Shown: positions 20,201 to 27,707 of the stretch, one piece after another
Numbering within the stretch: the stretch's first letter is position 1
Layout: each line of letters opens with the position of its first letter
Source: Nocardioides sp.
Lineage (GTDB): Bacteria; Actinomycetota; Actinomycetes; Propionibacteriales; Nocardioidaceae
Length of the DNA: 64,000 nt
Reading direction: 5' to 3'
Assembly (NCBI RefSeq): GCF_047606145.1
Contig: NZ_JASGET010000118.1
Span: 34,713 to 98,712 of the forward strand
The notes under the pieces: model-generated
What the model saw: the letters and a program-made list of their open reading frames with translations, nothing else
Databases searched by the model: none
Told to the model about the DNA's origin: nothing
Position numbers and translations under genes: made by a program

Positions 20201-20385
20201 CCTCCGCCGAAGGCCATGAGGAACTGGCCGAGCAACTCCTAAACGACCGAATCTACAACCGCAGCGACGACGACCTTGGACCCGTCGAACTGCCCCCACG
20301 AACCCAAGACATGACCAACAAACGCGCCCAGAACGGCTCCCAACCGAGCGGAAACCGCCCCGCTTCGACCTCTCGCAAGGGGTAG
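17242..20385 (+). CDS. membrane-anchored LysM-repeat protein with C-terminal BTAD-like domain
   Basis: There are two LysM-like units (YTVRRGDSLWKIA..., YVVQPGDTLSEIA...), N-terminal TM segments, and a C-terminal helical block (DADLFRRL...LRLVTGQPF...) resembling a bacterial transcriptional activator domain. Confidence 0.8.
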   Translation: MTQPSFAQRLQGLGAALALLLLVVGIPVVLVAIGAAPWNAQLDQTRTLLTSPDDGTLAMVVIAAAAWIAWLLIAVSFLVEAVSRVRGLPAPTLPGFGVPQRAVGQLVTVAALLFVAAPTVMVAFPTPPAHAAAAASVLDTPQVQAAPVLPEAAPVQAHVESETKHKTTIDYTVRRGDSLWKIADHLLGDGSRFREIVDVNRSVLDRPDFITPGTVLKVPYEAAEPTSDRPTEEYVVQPGDTLSEIAEAKLGDPKLYPELFAASRRTVQPDGEHLTNPNLIRPGWDITIPGQAKHKAETPEKPTHEVTPPASVDPPTQTPTETPTPTSEATSSSTSTADREPTSTHAATDNEAESSTPSWLVPGLTGAGAVLAAGLLAALRRRQRTQLRYRRPGHIVVPPPTPLNGLEKTLHIEGSSRTTQVEALDHVLRQISGSPRGLPEVIAVALSADEATLHLAEANADAMLPEPWSGAGRTRIAPLQSGSAKPLEQSPPPYPLLVAVGQDDAGAIWFLNLGHAAHVAVTGEANVGEDFLRHLAAELALNSWSAEVDIDTFGLAPTLVGIDPHRLHHHADTRLLDKLTADLTQPGIPGLAPERRRTLLLEHTYADTDAAHAITSANTTHAARGITVVTVGEHRTDESLALDIDESARLTIPLLGITIAAAGLSDEEASACAAILAVTRDATLAAVPVDEAATGRDKLVDKAGALRDQLVESRPMGPAGGTALLPRPTSEYADIAATTPEDLETLAPIVPETTRTAVEDADPTLDQEVAWWFDPTCRLPRISVLGPVHGRAYGDATDIAGRKPFYTEMLAFLALHPGGVTSGQVADAFAITPKRARVDMNALRSWLGTNPHTSGPHLPKADESRAARQRGGYFYQVDDVLLDADLFRRLRARGQARGAAGISDLATALRLVTGQPFGQLRNNGWSWVLEGDRLDHILTCAIVDVAHIVTTHALAEGDLAMAHEAVEIAHHAAPYDEITSLDLVAVASAEGHEELAEQLLNDRIYNRSDDDLGPVELPPRTQDMTNKRAQNGSQPSGNRPASTSRKG

Positions 20386-20404
20386 CTCGAAACTTTCTTC
20401 AACT

Positions 20405-20514
20405 TCTTGGGGAACCCCCGGCTGACCTGCGGAAACGCACAATCCCGGTAGGGGTTCCCCTTCAGGGGAACGCTGGGGGAACCCCCTCGGGGGGAGCCCA
20501 TCCGGTAACCCCCT
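20405..20514. repeat. cluster of G4-W2-C4 palindromes (GGGGAACCCC / GGGGTTCCCC) upstream of the prim-pol gene
   Basis: Copies are GGGGAACCCCC at 20409-20419, GGGGTTCCCC at 20451-20460, GGGGAAC at 20465-20471 and GGGGGAACCCCC at 20475-20486. In addition, CCGGTA occurs twice (20445-20450, 20502-20507). Confidence 0.8.
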
Positions 20515-22086
20515 GTGGCGAACGTCGAGCACATGAACAGCTCGACGCGAGAACTTCCGGCGTGGTCACCGGGCCTACTCGCAGACCTCACCACGGCACC
20601 CGATCCGGGCGCCGCCGCGCTGAGGCTTGCGCAGGCTGGGGTGCCGGTCTTTCCGTGCGTTCCGCTGGGCAAGGAGCCCCTGACTCGGCGTGGCTTCCTC
20701 GACGCCTCGGCTGACCCCAGCCGGGTGACGCACTGGTGGCGACGCTGGCCACAGGCCAACCTGGCGATGCCCACTGGCGCACCGTCGGGCATCGTCGTGG
20801 TGGACGTGGATGTTCACGCCACAGGCAACGGGTTCAACGCCTTCGAGCGCGCCCAATCGGCCGGACTCGTAGACGGCTGGGCTTGGATGGTTCGCACGCC
20901 GTCAGGCGGCCTCCATGCCTGCTATCCCTCGAGGCCCGGTGTCTCGCAACGCTGCTGGCAGATTCCTCGCCGGCACGTCGACTGCCGGGGCGACGGCGGC
21001 TACGTCGTACTGCCGCCATCGCGGGTCTCGCTGTCGGGTGGGGCCGTTGGCGAGTACCGAGTCGTCTCCATTACCGAGCGTCAGCCCGCTCCCATCGACA
21101 CCACGGCACTGCGCCGGTTCCTCGACCCTCCGCGCCCCGCCTCGTCGCCCCGGCAACTGCCCCCGACTACGGCGAACTCCACACCGGACCGGCTGGCTGC
21201 CTGGGTGTCCACTCGCCCCGAGGGAGCCCGCAACCAGGGCCTCTTCTGGGCCGCGTGCCGCATGGTCGAGGCCGGCCACGATCTCGGCGCCTCACTGGAC
21301 GTGCTCGGGGACGCCGCTCGTGCCGCCGGACTCTCCGAGCGTGAAGCAGAGACCACGATCCGGTCGGCCTACCGAACCACCACTCCGCACCTCCAGCGAG
21401 TCCCGAACTTCTGGGACTACGCCGATGGAGGTGACAGGACCGTGAGAACGATGTCGATGAGTCCGGTCGTTGCCACCGCTGTCGCCGGGACGGTCGTGAT
21501 CGCAACAGGTGCGTTCTGGTTGTCGTTCACCTCGCTGACCGATCTGGCCCGACGATCCGGCATCGCACCAAGTCGGGCATGGGTATGGCCCCTCATCGTG
21601 GACGGCATCATCGTGGTCGCCACTGTCGCGGTCGTGGCGCTGTCCTCGGCAGCTGACCCGCGCGCGACGTGGTATCCGTGGCTGCTGCTCGCGTCTGGCG
21701 CGGCCGTCTCGGTCGCAGCCAATGCGCTGCACGCGGTGATCGCCGCCGACGCAGACGTGCCCGGACTTGTTGCAGCCGCTGTTGCATCCGTCCCACCCGT
21801 GGTGCTGCTGGCCATCACCCATCTAACGGTGCATCTGACGCGCAACGCCGAGGTTGGACATGAACCCGGCGTGAGCGATTCACATCCCCCGTCAGATGCC
21901 ACCCCAGCCGAGACAAGTCCAGTCGACCAACGCGCCGAGGCGGAGCAACTGCGACTGGACGGGATGAGCAACCGCGCCATTGCCCGCCACCTGGGCGTAC
22001 ATCCCTCGACCGTCGGCCGCTGGCTGGCACCCATCGACGCGAGCACCGCGGCAACCGCAGCCATCCCGAGCAAGGAGCAGAGATGA
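20515..22086 (+). CDS. bifunctional DNA primase/polymerase (Prim-Pol) domain + DUF2637-like membrane domain + C-terminal HTH
   Basis: The Prim-Pol region shows GVPVFPC..GKEP, VVVDVDVH and GGYVVLPPS. The DUF2637-like membrane region is FWLSFTSLTDLARRSGI..AWVWPLIVDG. The HTH is MSNRAIARHLGVHPSTVGRWL. The start is GTG 20515 or ATG 20533. Confidence 0.85.
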   Translation: MANVEHMNSSTRELPAWSPGLLADLTTAPDPGAAALRLAQAGVPVFPCVPLGKEPLTRRGFLDASADPSRVTHWWRRWPQANLAMPTGAPSGIVVVDVDVHATGNGFNAFERAQSAGLVDGWAWMVRTPSGGLHACYPSRPGVSQRCWQIPRRHVDCRGDGGYVVLPPSRVSLSGGAVGEYRVVSITERQPAPIDTTALRRFLDPPRPASSPRQLPPTTANSTPDRLAAWVSTRPEGARNQGLFWAACRMVEAGHDLGASLDVLGDAARAAGLSEREAETTIRSAYRTTTPHLQRVPNFWDYADGGDRTVRTMSMSPVVATAVAGTVVIATGAFWLSFTSLTDLARRSGIAPSRAWVWPLIVDGIIVVATVAVVALSSAADPRATWYPWLLLASGAAVSVAANALHAVIAADADVPGLVAAAVASVPPVVLLAITHLTVHLTRNAEVGHEPGVSDSHPPSDATPAETSPVDQRAEAEQLRLDGMSNRAIARHLGVHPSTVGRWLAPIDASTAATAAIPSKEQR

Positions 22087-22466
22087 ACCAGCACCACGCC
22101 TACGAACGTCGGGCCGATCGAACGCTCGACGAGCAGAACCCGCCGGAGACAACGTCACCCGAGCACTCAGCGCTCGCCACTCACCGCGACCCCTCACGAG
22201 CAGCCGCGCGAGCCGAGGTGAGCCGAGGTGAGACCGCCCAGAAGGGACAACGGAGCATCGCGTGGATTCGCCCATCCGAGCTTCCCACCGCTCTCGGCTC
22301 ACCGATGTTGCGGCGCGGCATCGACCTCGAAGCCGAGCTCGCTCGCCGAGCGCGGCGAACTCCCGCCCAAGCCGCGTGGCAGGTCCGTCGCCGCATCACG
22401 CGCAACGCGATCGGCCGCCCCGAGCCTGCCACCACCACGATCAGCGACCAAGGGATACGACTGTGA
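22083..22466 (+). CDS. hypothetical protein
   Basis: ATG 22083 overlaps the upstream stop (ATGA). GC3 is about 75%, and no domain was recognised. Confidence 0.55.
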   Translation: MNQHHAYERRADRTLDEQNPPETTSPEHSALATHRDPSRAAARAEVSRGETAQKGQRSIAWIRPSELPTALGSPMLRRGIDLEAELARRARRTPAQAAWQVRRRITRNAIGRPEPATTTISDQGIRL

Positions 22467-23311
22467 AGCGCGACGGGGTGACTCGGCCCCCGTTCGCCGA
22501 ACCCGAAGGACTGCGCGCGATCCTGCGCCGACTCGACCAGGCCGGCCCTCAGAGCTGGCGTCAAGACCCCGAGGCGGCCGAGTTGATGCGCTACGCGATG
22601 GACAAGTACGGCGCACTGGCGCGCAAGCACCACCTGGAGCCCGAAGACGCTGCGGTCGCAGCGTTCGAGGTCATGCGCACACAGTCGGCCCGCAACGCTC
22701 GTGATCCGTGGGCCGTGGTCACTCGCGCGGTCTACGTCACCTTGGTCGCGGAAGAACGAGCCAACGGTCTCCTTTGCTCTACCCATCAAGCACGCCGCCC
22801 GCACGTCTCGGTCCACCACGACGCCGAGCGCTTCAGCGAACGAGACGTCGCTCTCATCGACTACCACCCCGCGCTCCAGGCCGGCCTCGGCTCCGCGCTC
22901 GAAGACGGACCCAATGAGGACGACGAGCCCACGAACGCCTTCTTCGCGCTCGACGACACAGTGGAGGTATTCGTCGAGCTCGGCTGGCCGCAGGAGGTCG
23001 CGCGCAACGGCGTGGAGTACATCTGCACCCGCCTCGCTCGCTCCGAGGACCGGCAGGGGGCGTTCGAGGCCCTGCGACGGGACCACTACGCCTTGGCGAT
23101 GCTCGACATCAACCAGCGCGTATGGCTGGCGATGCTTCGTACAGTCCTTGGCAACCAAAACCCTGATCGCACGAAGACGAACGCCGGGCGGGGCGTCCTG
23201 CTGTTGCTGCTCACCGGCTACGACCTCGCGGACGTCCTCGACATGCCTGAGATCACCCGAAGCGTCCTCTCTGTCGCCGACGCCGTAGTGGCCGGGGGCG
23301 CGCATGTCTGA
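22463..23311 (+). CDS. hypothetical protein
   Basis: GTG 22463 overlaps the upstream stop (GTGA). GC3 is high and the composition is plausible for a protein. No domain was recognised. Confidence 0.65.
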   Translation: MKRDGVTRPPFAEPEGLRAILRRLDQAGPQSWRQDPEAAELMRYAMDKYGALARKHHLEPEDAAVAAFEVMRTQSARNARDPWAVVTRAVYVTLVAEERANGLLCSTHQARRPHVSVHHDAERFSERDVALIDYHPALQAGLGSALEDGPNEDDEPTNAFFALDDTVEVFVELGWPQEVARNGVEYICTRLARSEDRQGAFEALRRDHYALAMLDINQRVWLAMLRTVLGNQNPDRTKTNAGRGVLLLLLTGYDLADVLDMPEITRSVLSVADAVVAGGAHV

Positions 23312-24338
23312 GCAGAGCGGACACATCGAGCTCGCACGCAGCCTCGATTCGATCGTGATCGGCTTCCGGCACCGCCGAGACCTTGGCAACATCGACGCGC
23401 TGATGCGCTCCATCGAGGAGCATGGGCTGTTGCAGCCCATCACAATCACCCCGGACGGTGTGCTTGTCTGCGGTCGTCGGAGGCTGGAAGCGGTCAGACG
23501 GCTTGGCTGGCGCACCTTGAAGGTATGGGTACGTTCCGGCCTCTCCGACGAGTTGTCGCGCATCCTCGCGCAGCAGGACGAGAACGAACAGCACAAGCCG
23601 CTGACACCGTTGGAGGAAGCGGCCCTCTTCGAGGAACTGTCCCGTGTGCTGACCGAGGACGCCGCACGTCGCCAGGAGGAGTCGCGCTTCGGCGGAACAG
23701 GCACCTCGGGAGAAGTGAGCGGTGGCGAGGACTCCTCACCACCGGGAGTCGCGGGGGAAGTCAACGGTGGTGAGGACTCCTCACCACCGGCGGGACCCAG
23801 AGGAAAGACCCGCGAACAAGCATCAAAGATTCTGACCGGGAAGCTGTCGTTCCAGCGGCTGGAGCAGACCAACGCCGTCAAGCGCACCAGTGAAGACCGT
23901 GAACTGCCGCTGCTTATCCGCGAGCTGGCAGCCACCGAGTTGAAGAAGATCGAGAACGGCGCGGACGTGTCGCCTGCCTTCCACCGCGTCAAGGCAGCCA
24001 TCGAATTGGCTGGCGCTGACCTTTCGGCTGGATCGTCGCCAACCGCCGAGGAACTCGAACAACTCTTGGAGGAAGCAGACGAGCGCGCCCGGCAAGACCG
24101 CGCTCGGGGCGGTGGCCGGCCTCGTGCCAAGCAGAAGAGCCCCACGACCTCACGGTCGCTGCGCGCCTTCGTCTTGACCTGGAGCGACCTCGACGGCTGG
24201 TCGCGCCACTACGACGCATCCGAGGTCGCAGCCCAGCTCAAGGACGGCGATTGGGAGATGTTCGAGCGGGTGCTGGCCGAGACCGCGGACTTCGCAGCCT
24301 CTGTTCGTGAGCTGCGCCAGATGCCGGCCTCGGCCTGA
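23304..24338 (+). CDS. ParB/Srx-like N-terminal domain protein
   Basis: The region IEEHGLLQPITITPDGVLVCGRRRLEAVRRLG includes a GxRRxxA arginine patch. An internal 2 x 45-bp repeat encodes EVSGGEDSSPP/EVNGGEDSSPP. Confidence 0.85.
   Translation: MSEQSGHIELARSLDSIVIGFRHRRDLGNIDALMRSIEEHGLLQPITITPDGVLVCGRRRLEAVRRLGWRTLKVWVRSGLSDELSRILAQQDENEQHKPLTPLEEAALFEELSRVLTEDAARRQEESRFGGTGTSGEVSGGEDSSPPGVAGEVNGGEDSSPPAGPRGKTREQASKILTGKLSFQRLEQTNAVKRTSEDRELPLLIRELAATELKKIENGADVSPAFHRVKAAIELAGADLSAGSSPTAEELEQLLEEADERARQDRARGGGRPRAKQKSPTTSRSLRAFVLTWSDLDGWSRHYDASEVAAQLKDGDWEMFERVLAETADFAASVRELRQMPASA
23712..23801. repeat. 2 x 45-bp tandem repeat, each unit carrying a 17-bp palindrome
   Basis: The units are 23712-23756 and 23757-23801. 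The palindromes are GGCGAGGACTCCTCACC (23724-23740) and GGTGAGGACTCCTCACC (23769-23785). Confidence 0.9.
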
Positions 24339-24394
24339 TCGGAACCTTCTGAGCACCTGCCTGCTGTCCACGTTCTCCGCGCCGAGGAGTCTCC

Positions 24395-25072
24395 ATGCTC
24401 TTTCCGACTACTGACGATCTCCGCCGACGCCGCCTCGTCGTCACGGGAGTCGCAACTGCCGTGCTGCTGATCGCCTGCATCACGTACGCGGTGCTCGTCC
24501 ATCGCTCGCACGAGGCCAACATCGCCGCCACGACGCAGACCCCCGGCACAACGAAGCCGATCGCCTCGAAGCCGTCGCCCGTACCGACGAAGCTCGATGC
24601 CCTCCAACCCACTGACGACCCGGAGCAGTTCGCCCGCGAGGTCGCACAAGCGATCTTCGCGTGGGACACCACGACGATGATCGGACGCGACGACCACATC
24701 GAGCAGCTCGTGAAAGTCGGCGACCCGACCGGAGAGTCGACCGTCGGCCTGCTGTCCGACCTGGAGGGCTACCTGCCGACCGAGGACGCGTGGCTCGACC
24801 TCGCGCAGTACGAGACCAAGCAGTGGCTCACGATCGACTCGGTCACCACGCCGTCGAAGTGGGCCGATGCCGAGGCTCAGGCCGGGAGCGCGCTCTTGCC
24901 CGGAACCACGGCCTTCACGATCCACGGGGTACGCCACCGCTCTGGCATCTGGGAGGGCTCGCCCGTCGCCACCGAGCACGATGTCGCATTCACGATCTTC
25001 ATCGTCTGCGGCCCGTCCTACCCCGAGTGCCACCTGCTGCGGCTCTCGGTCCTCGACGATCCGCTGGACTGA
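24395..25072 (+). CDS. membrane-anchored hypothetical protein
   Basis: It has a single N-terminal TM segment (RRRLVVTGVATAVLLIACITYAVLV) and a Pro/Thr linker. GC3 is high. Confidence 0.7.
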   Translation: MLFPTTDDLRRRRLVVTGVATAVLLIACITYAVLVHRSHEANIAATTQTPGTTKPIASKPSPVPTKLDALQPTDDPEQFAREVAQAIFAWDTTTMIGRDDHIEQLVKVGDPTGESTVGLLSDLEGYLPTEDAWLDLAQYETKQWLTIDSVTTPSKWADAEAQAGSALLPGTTAFTIHGVRHRSGIWEGSPVATEHDVAFTIFIVCGPSYPECHLLRLSVLDDPLD

Positions 25073-25075
25073 GCG

Positions 25076-26188
25076 ATGCTCAAGGCTGCGGTCGGCTCCG
25101 CACTGACCGCGATCTTCGCTGGTCCAGCGTGCGTCCTGCTGTCTCTTGGGGTGCTGATGAATCCGGCTGCCCAAGCTGAGTGCCTGCCGTCGAGTCCGGT
25201 CGTCGACGCGACACCCACCAGCGTGACCGCGACGACCACCACTGGGAAGAGCGTCACGCTCGACCAGGCGCAGCTCACTCGCGCGGCCACGGTGGTCAGC
25301 GTCGGCGCGGGCACGAACGGCGTCGGCCGCGACGGGATCGTCATCGCGCTGATGGCCGCGCTCACCGAGTCGAGCCTTCACCTGCTGTCGAACACAGCCG
25401 CCTACTCCGACTCGGCGAACTACCCCAACGACGGCGACGGCTCTGACCACGACTCACTCGGACTGTTCCAGATGCGACCCAGCACCGGCTGGGGCTCGGT
25501 GGCGAACCTCATGGATGCCGAGTACGACGCCGAAGCCTTCTACGGCGGGGCCACCGGACCGAACCACGGCTCGCCTCGTGGCCTGCTCGACATCACCGAC
25601 TGGAAGCTGCTGCCCAAGGGCGCCGCAGCCCAAGCAGTCGAGGTCTCGGCCTACCCCGACAGGTACGCGGCCTACGAGCCGGTCGCCGAGGCCATCCTCA
25701 ACGCACTCGCCACCAGCAGCTCATCGGGCTCCTGCGGCGACCAGAACCCGGGCTCGGGTGTCCAGTTGCCTCCTGGCTTCGCGGGGGCACTGATCGCGGC
25801 GGCGCAGACGCAGATCGGGAAGCCCTACGTCTGGGGCGGCGGCACCTACACCGGCCCCTCCGGCGTCGGCTCCGACGGCCGTGGGCCGGGCTTCGACTGC
25901 TCCGGCCTCGTGCTCTACGCCGCCTACCAAGCCTCTGGCGGCAAGTTGCGACTCCCGCACTACTCCGGCGCCCAAATGACCTACGGGCAGCCAGTCGCGT
26001 GGGACGACAAGCAGCCCGGTGACCTGATCTTCTTCACCGAATCTGGCGCCTCCGAGCCGCACCACGTCGCGATCTACGTCGGCGACGGCAAGATTCTCCA
26101 AGCCCCACGCACCGGCGAGAACGTCCGCTATGGCACCGTCTCGGAGTTCGCCGGCCAGACCATGACCGTGCGCCGCCTCGGCGAGTAG
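25076..26188 (+). CDS. secreted bifunctional cell-wall hydrolase (SLT-like + NlpC/P60)
   Basis: It has a signal peptide. The SLT-like part shows LTESS...SLGLFQMRP, and the NlpC/P60 part shows GKPYVWGGG..GFDCSGLV..HHVAIYVG. Confidence 0.9.
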   Translation: MLKAAVGSALTAIFAGPACVLLSLGVLMNPAAQAECLPSSPVVDATPTSVTATTTTGKSVTLDQAQLTRAATVVSVGAGTNGVGRDGIVIALMAALTESSLHLLSNTAAYSDSANYPNDGDGSDHDSLGLFQMRPSTGWGSVANLMDAEYDAEAFYGGATGPNHGSPRGLLDITDWKLLPKGAAAQAVEVSAYPDRYAAYEPVAEAILNALATSSSSGSCGDQNPGSGVQLPPGFAGALIAAAQTQIGKPYVWGGGTYTGPSGVGSDGRGPGFDCSGLVLYAAYQASGGKLRLPHYSGAQMTYGQPVAWDDKQPGDLIFFTESGASEPHHVAIYVGDGKILQAPRTGENVRYGTVSEFAGQTMTVRRLGE

Positions 26189-26204
26189 TGAGCACCTGGA
26201 CCAC

Positions 26205-26504
26205 ATGACCAGCTTGCTCACCGCTCCTGTTCTCGCCATGTCGGTGGGGCCTGACTTCGGCGCCGTCAGTGGGTCGAGCCAACTTCGCTCCATCGTCGGC
26301 GCGCTGCTGACCTACGGCCTGCTGATCTCGGTGCTGATGATCGTCGTGTGCGCCGCGACCTGGGCCATCGCGTCCTCGGCTGGGAGCTGGCAAGCCGCTG
26401 CGAAAGCGAAGACCGGCCTGTTCGTCGCTCTTGGCGGTGCGGTCTTGATCGGCGGTGCGCTTGCCTGGGCCAACTGGCTCCTGCACCTGGGCGCGTCGCT
26501 ATGA
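26205..26504 (+). CDS. small two-TM membrane protein (VirB2/TrbC-like candidate), paralog A
   Basis: It is 99 aa, and the block SQLRSIVGALLTYGLLISVL...KTGLFVALGGAVLIGGA is paralogous to 27346-27678. Confidence 0.7.
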   Translation: MTSLLTAPVLAMSVGPDFGAVSGSSQLRSIVGALLTYGLLISVLMIVVCAATWAIASSAGSWQAAAKAKTGLFVALGGAVLIGGALAWANWLLHLGASL

Positions 26505-27277
26505 GTCGACGCGGCCAAGCCGCAACCGAAGTCGATTTTCAGTTTGCCTTCGACATCGAGGGAATGATCCGCGAGGCCGAGATCGAGGCCGCCCCGCCTT
26601 GGACCGGCGCACCGCTGCATTTCACGATCGGCTACTACGCGCCAGGCGAACTCGACGCCGCGTTCGCGCATTGGCAGTTCCTCAACAGCGGGGTGCTCGG
26701 TGCCTACAGCCGCAGCCACATGTGGCACCGCGCGGTGGCGGTGCCAGGAGGGGTCCAGGTCGGTGACCACGGTTTCGACATGTTCAACGCCGACCTGCGC
26801 TGCCTCGCCGACTCCCACCGGCACGGCAACTGCGAGTGCATGGGCGACCACCTCTATCAGTCAGTCTGCGAACCGTGCGAGTGGCACACCGTCGTCACAG
26901 GCGAGAACGAGGCAGTCGAAGCGTGGCACGACCACGCGATTCCCGACTGGCGGGACCTGCCGATTGTCCCAGTCCACATCAAGGTCGTCGACTCCAGCAT
27001 GAGGCCAACCAAGCAAGCCCGGGATTGGATCGAGGAGCACTACCCCGAGCACATGCGTTTTCCAGGGGCTCCGATCATCACTGAGCGTCCCACGATGGGG
27101 CACCGGCATGTGCCCGGACGGTCACCGTGGGCCGGCTACGACCTCTCCCACACGGCCGTCGACCCCGACCGAGTTGTCCCGGCGGCCAAGCCGACGGCTC
27201 GGGCACGGCGAGCGCGACCAAGCCCCGAGGCCAGACGCACCCCAACTCCGTCATCGGGTCTGGGCATCGGCGACTGA
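26501..27277 (+). CDS. hypothetical Cys/His-rich protein
   Basis: ATG 26501 overlaps the upstream stop (ATGA). It contains the cluster HRHGNCECMGDHLYQSVCEPCEWH. Confidence 0.7.
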   Translation: MSRRGQAATEVDFQFAFDIEGMIREAEIEAAPPWTGAPLHFTIGYYAPGELDAAFAHWQFLNSGVLGAYSRSHMWHRAVAVPGGVQVGDHGFDMFNADLRCLADSHRHGNCECMGDHLYQSVCEPCEWHTVVTGENEAVEAWHDHAIPDWRDLPIVPVHIKVVDSSMRPTKQARDWIEEHYPEHMRFPGAPIITERPTMGHRHVPGRSPWAGYDLSHTAVDPDRVVPAAKPTARARRARPSPEARRTPTPSSGLGIGD

Positions 27278-27345
27278 GACGGTCGGGGAAAGGCGAGCAC
27301 CTGACCAGCGCAACCGCTCATCCGCGCTGAATCAGGAGACCACCA

Positions 27346-27678
27346 ATGCTCACGCTCGCTCACCCCCTCTCCACTCTCTCGAGTGGCGTCGCCGCCGTGC
27401 TTCCGGCCGACATCAACATCTCCCCGAACTCCAACGGCCTCCCCGGCATCAGCCAGCTCCGCACCATCGTCGGCGCCTCCATGACCGTCGGCCTCATCCT
27501 CTCTGTGCTCGCGCTCATCGTCTCGGCGATCGTGTGGGCGCTCGGCGCCAACAGCAGCAACCCGCACCTGGCCGGGCGTGGCAAGACCGGCGTCCTGATC
27601 GCGCTGGGTGCCGCGATCATCACCGGTGCTGCCGTGGCGCTCGTGAACTTCTTCTGGAACGTCGGCCAGTCGGTCTGA
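27346..27678 (+). CDS. small two-TM membrane protein (VirB2/TrbC-like candidate), paralog B
   Basis: It is 110 aa and contains SQLRTIVGASMTVGLILSVL...KTGVLIALGAAIITGAA. Confidence 0.7.
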   Translation: MLTLAHPLSTLSSGVAAVLPADINISPNSNGLPGISQLRTIVGASMTVGLILSVLALIVSAIVWALGANSSNPHLAGRGKTGVLIALGAAIITGAAVALVNFFWNVGQSV

Positions 27679-27707
27679 GCCCGGGCTGCCAGAACGAGGA
27701 CACGACG

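Noticed and set aside
20405-20514. The repeat cluster considered as a CRISPR array.
   Set aside because: The repeats are only 10-12 bp, palindromic and irregularly spaced. There are no spacer-like units and no cas genes.
22463-23311. The 282-aa ORF considered as a divergent ECF-type sigma factor, because of ..EDAAVAAFEVM.. and ..DPWAVVTRAVYVTL...
   Set aside because: The resemblance is limited to a few residues, and no clear region 2.4 or 4.2 HTH could be identified by eye. It is left as hypothetical.
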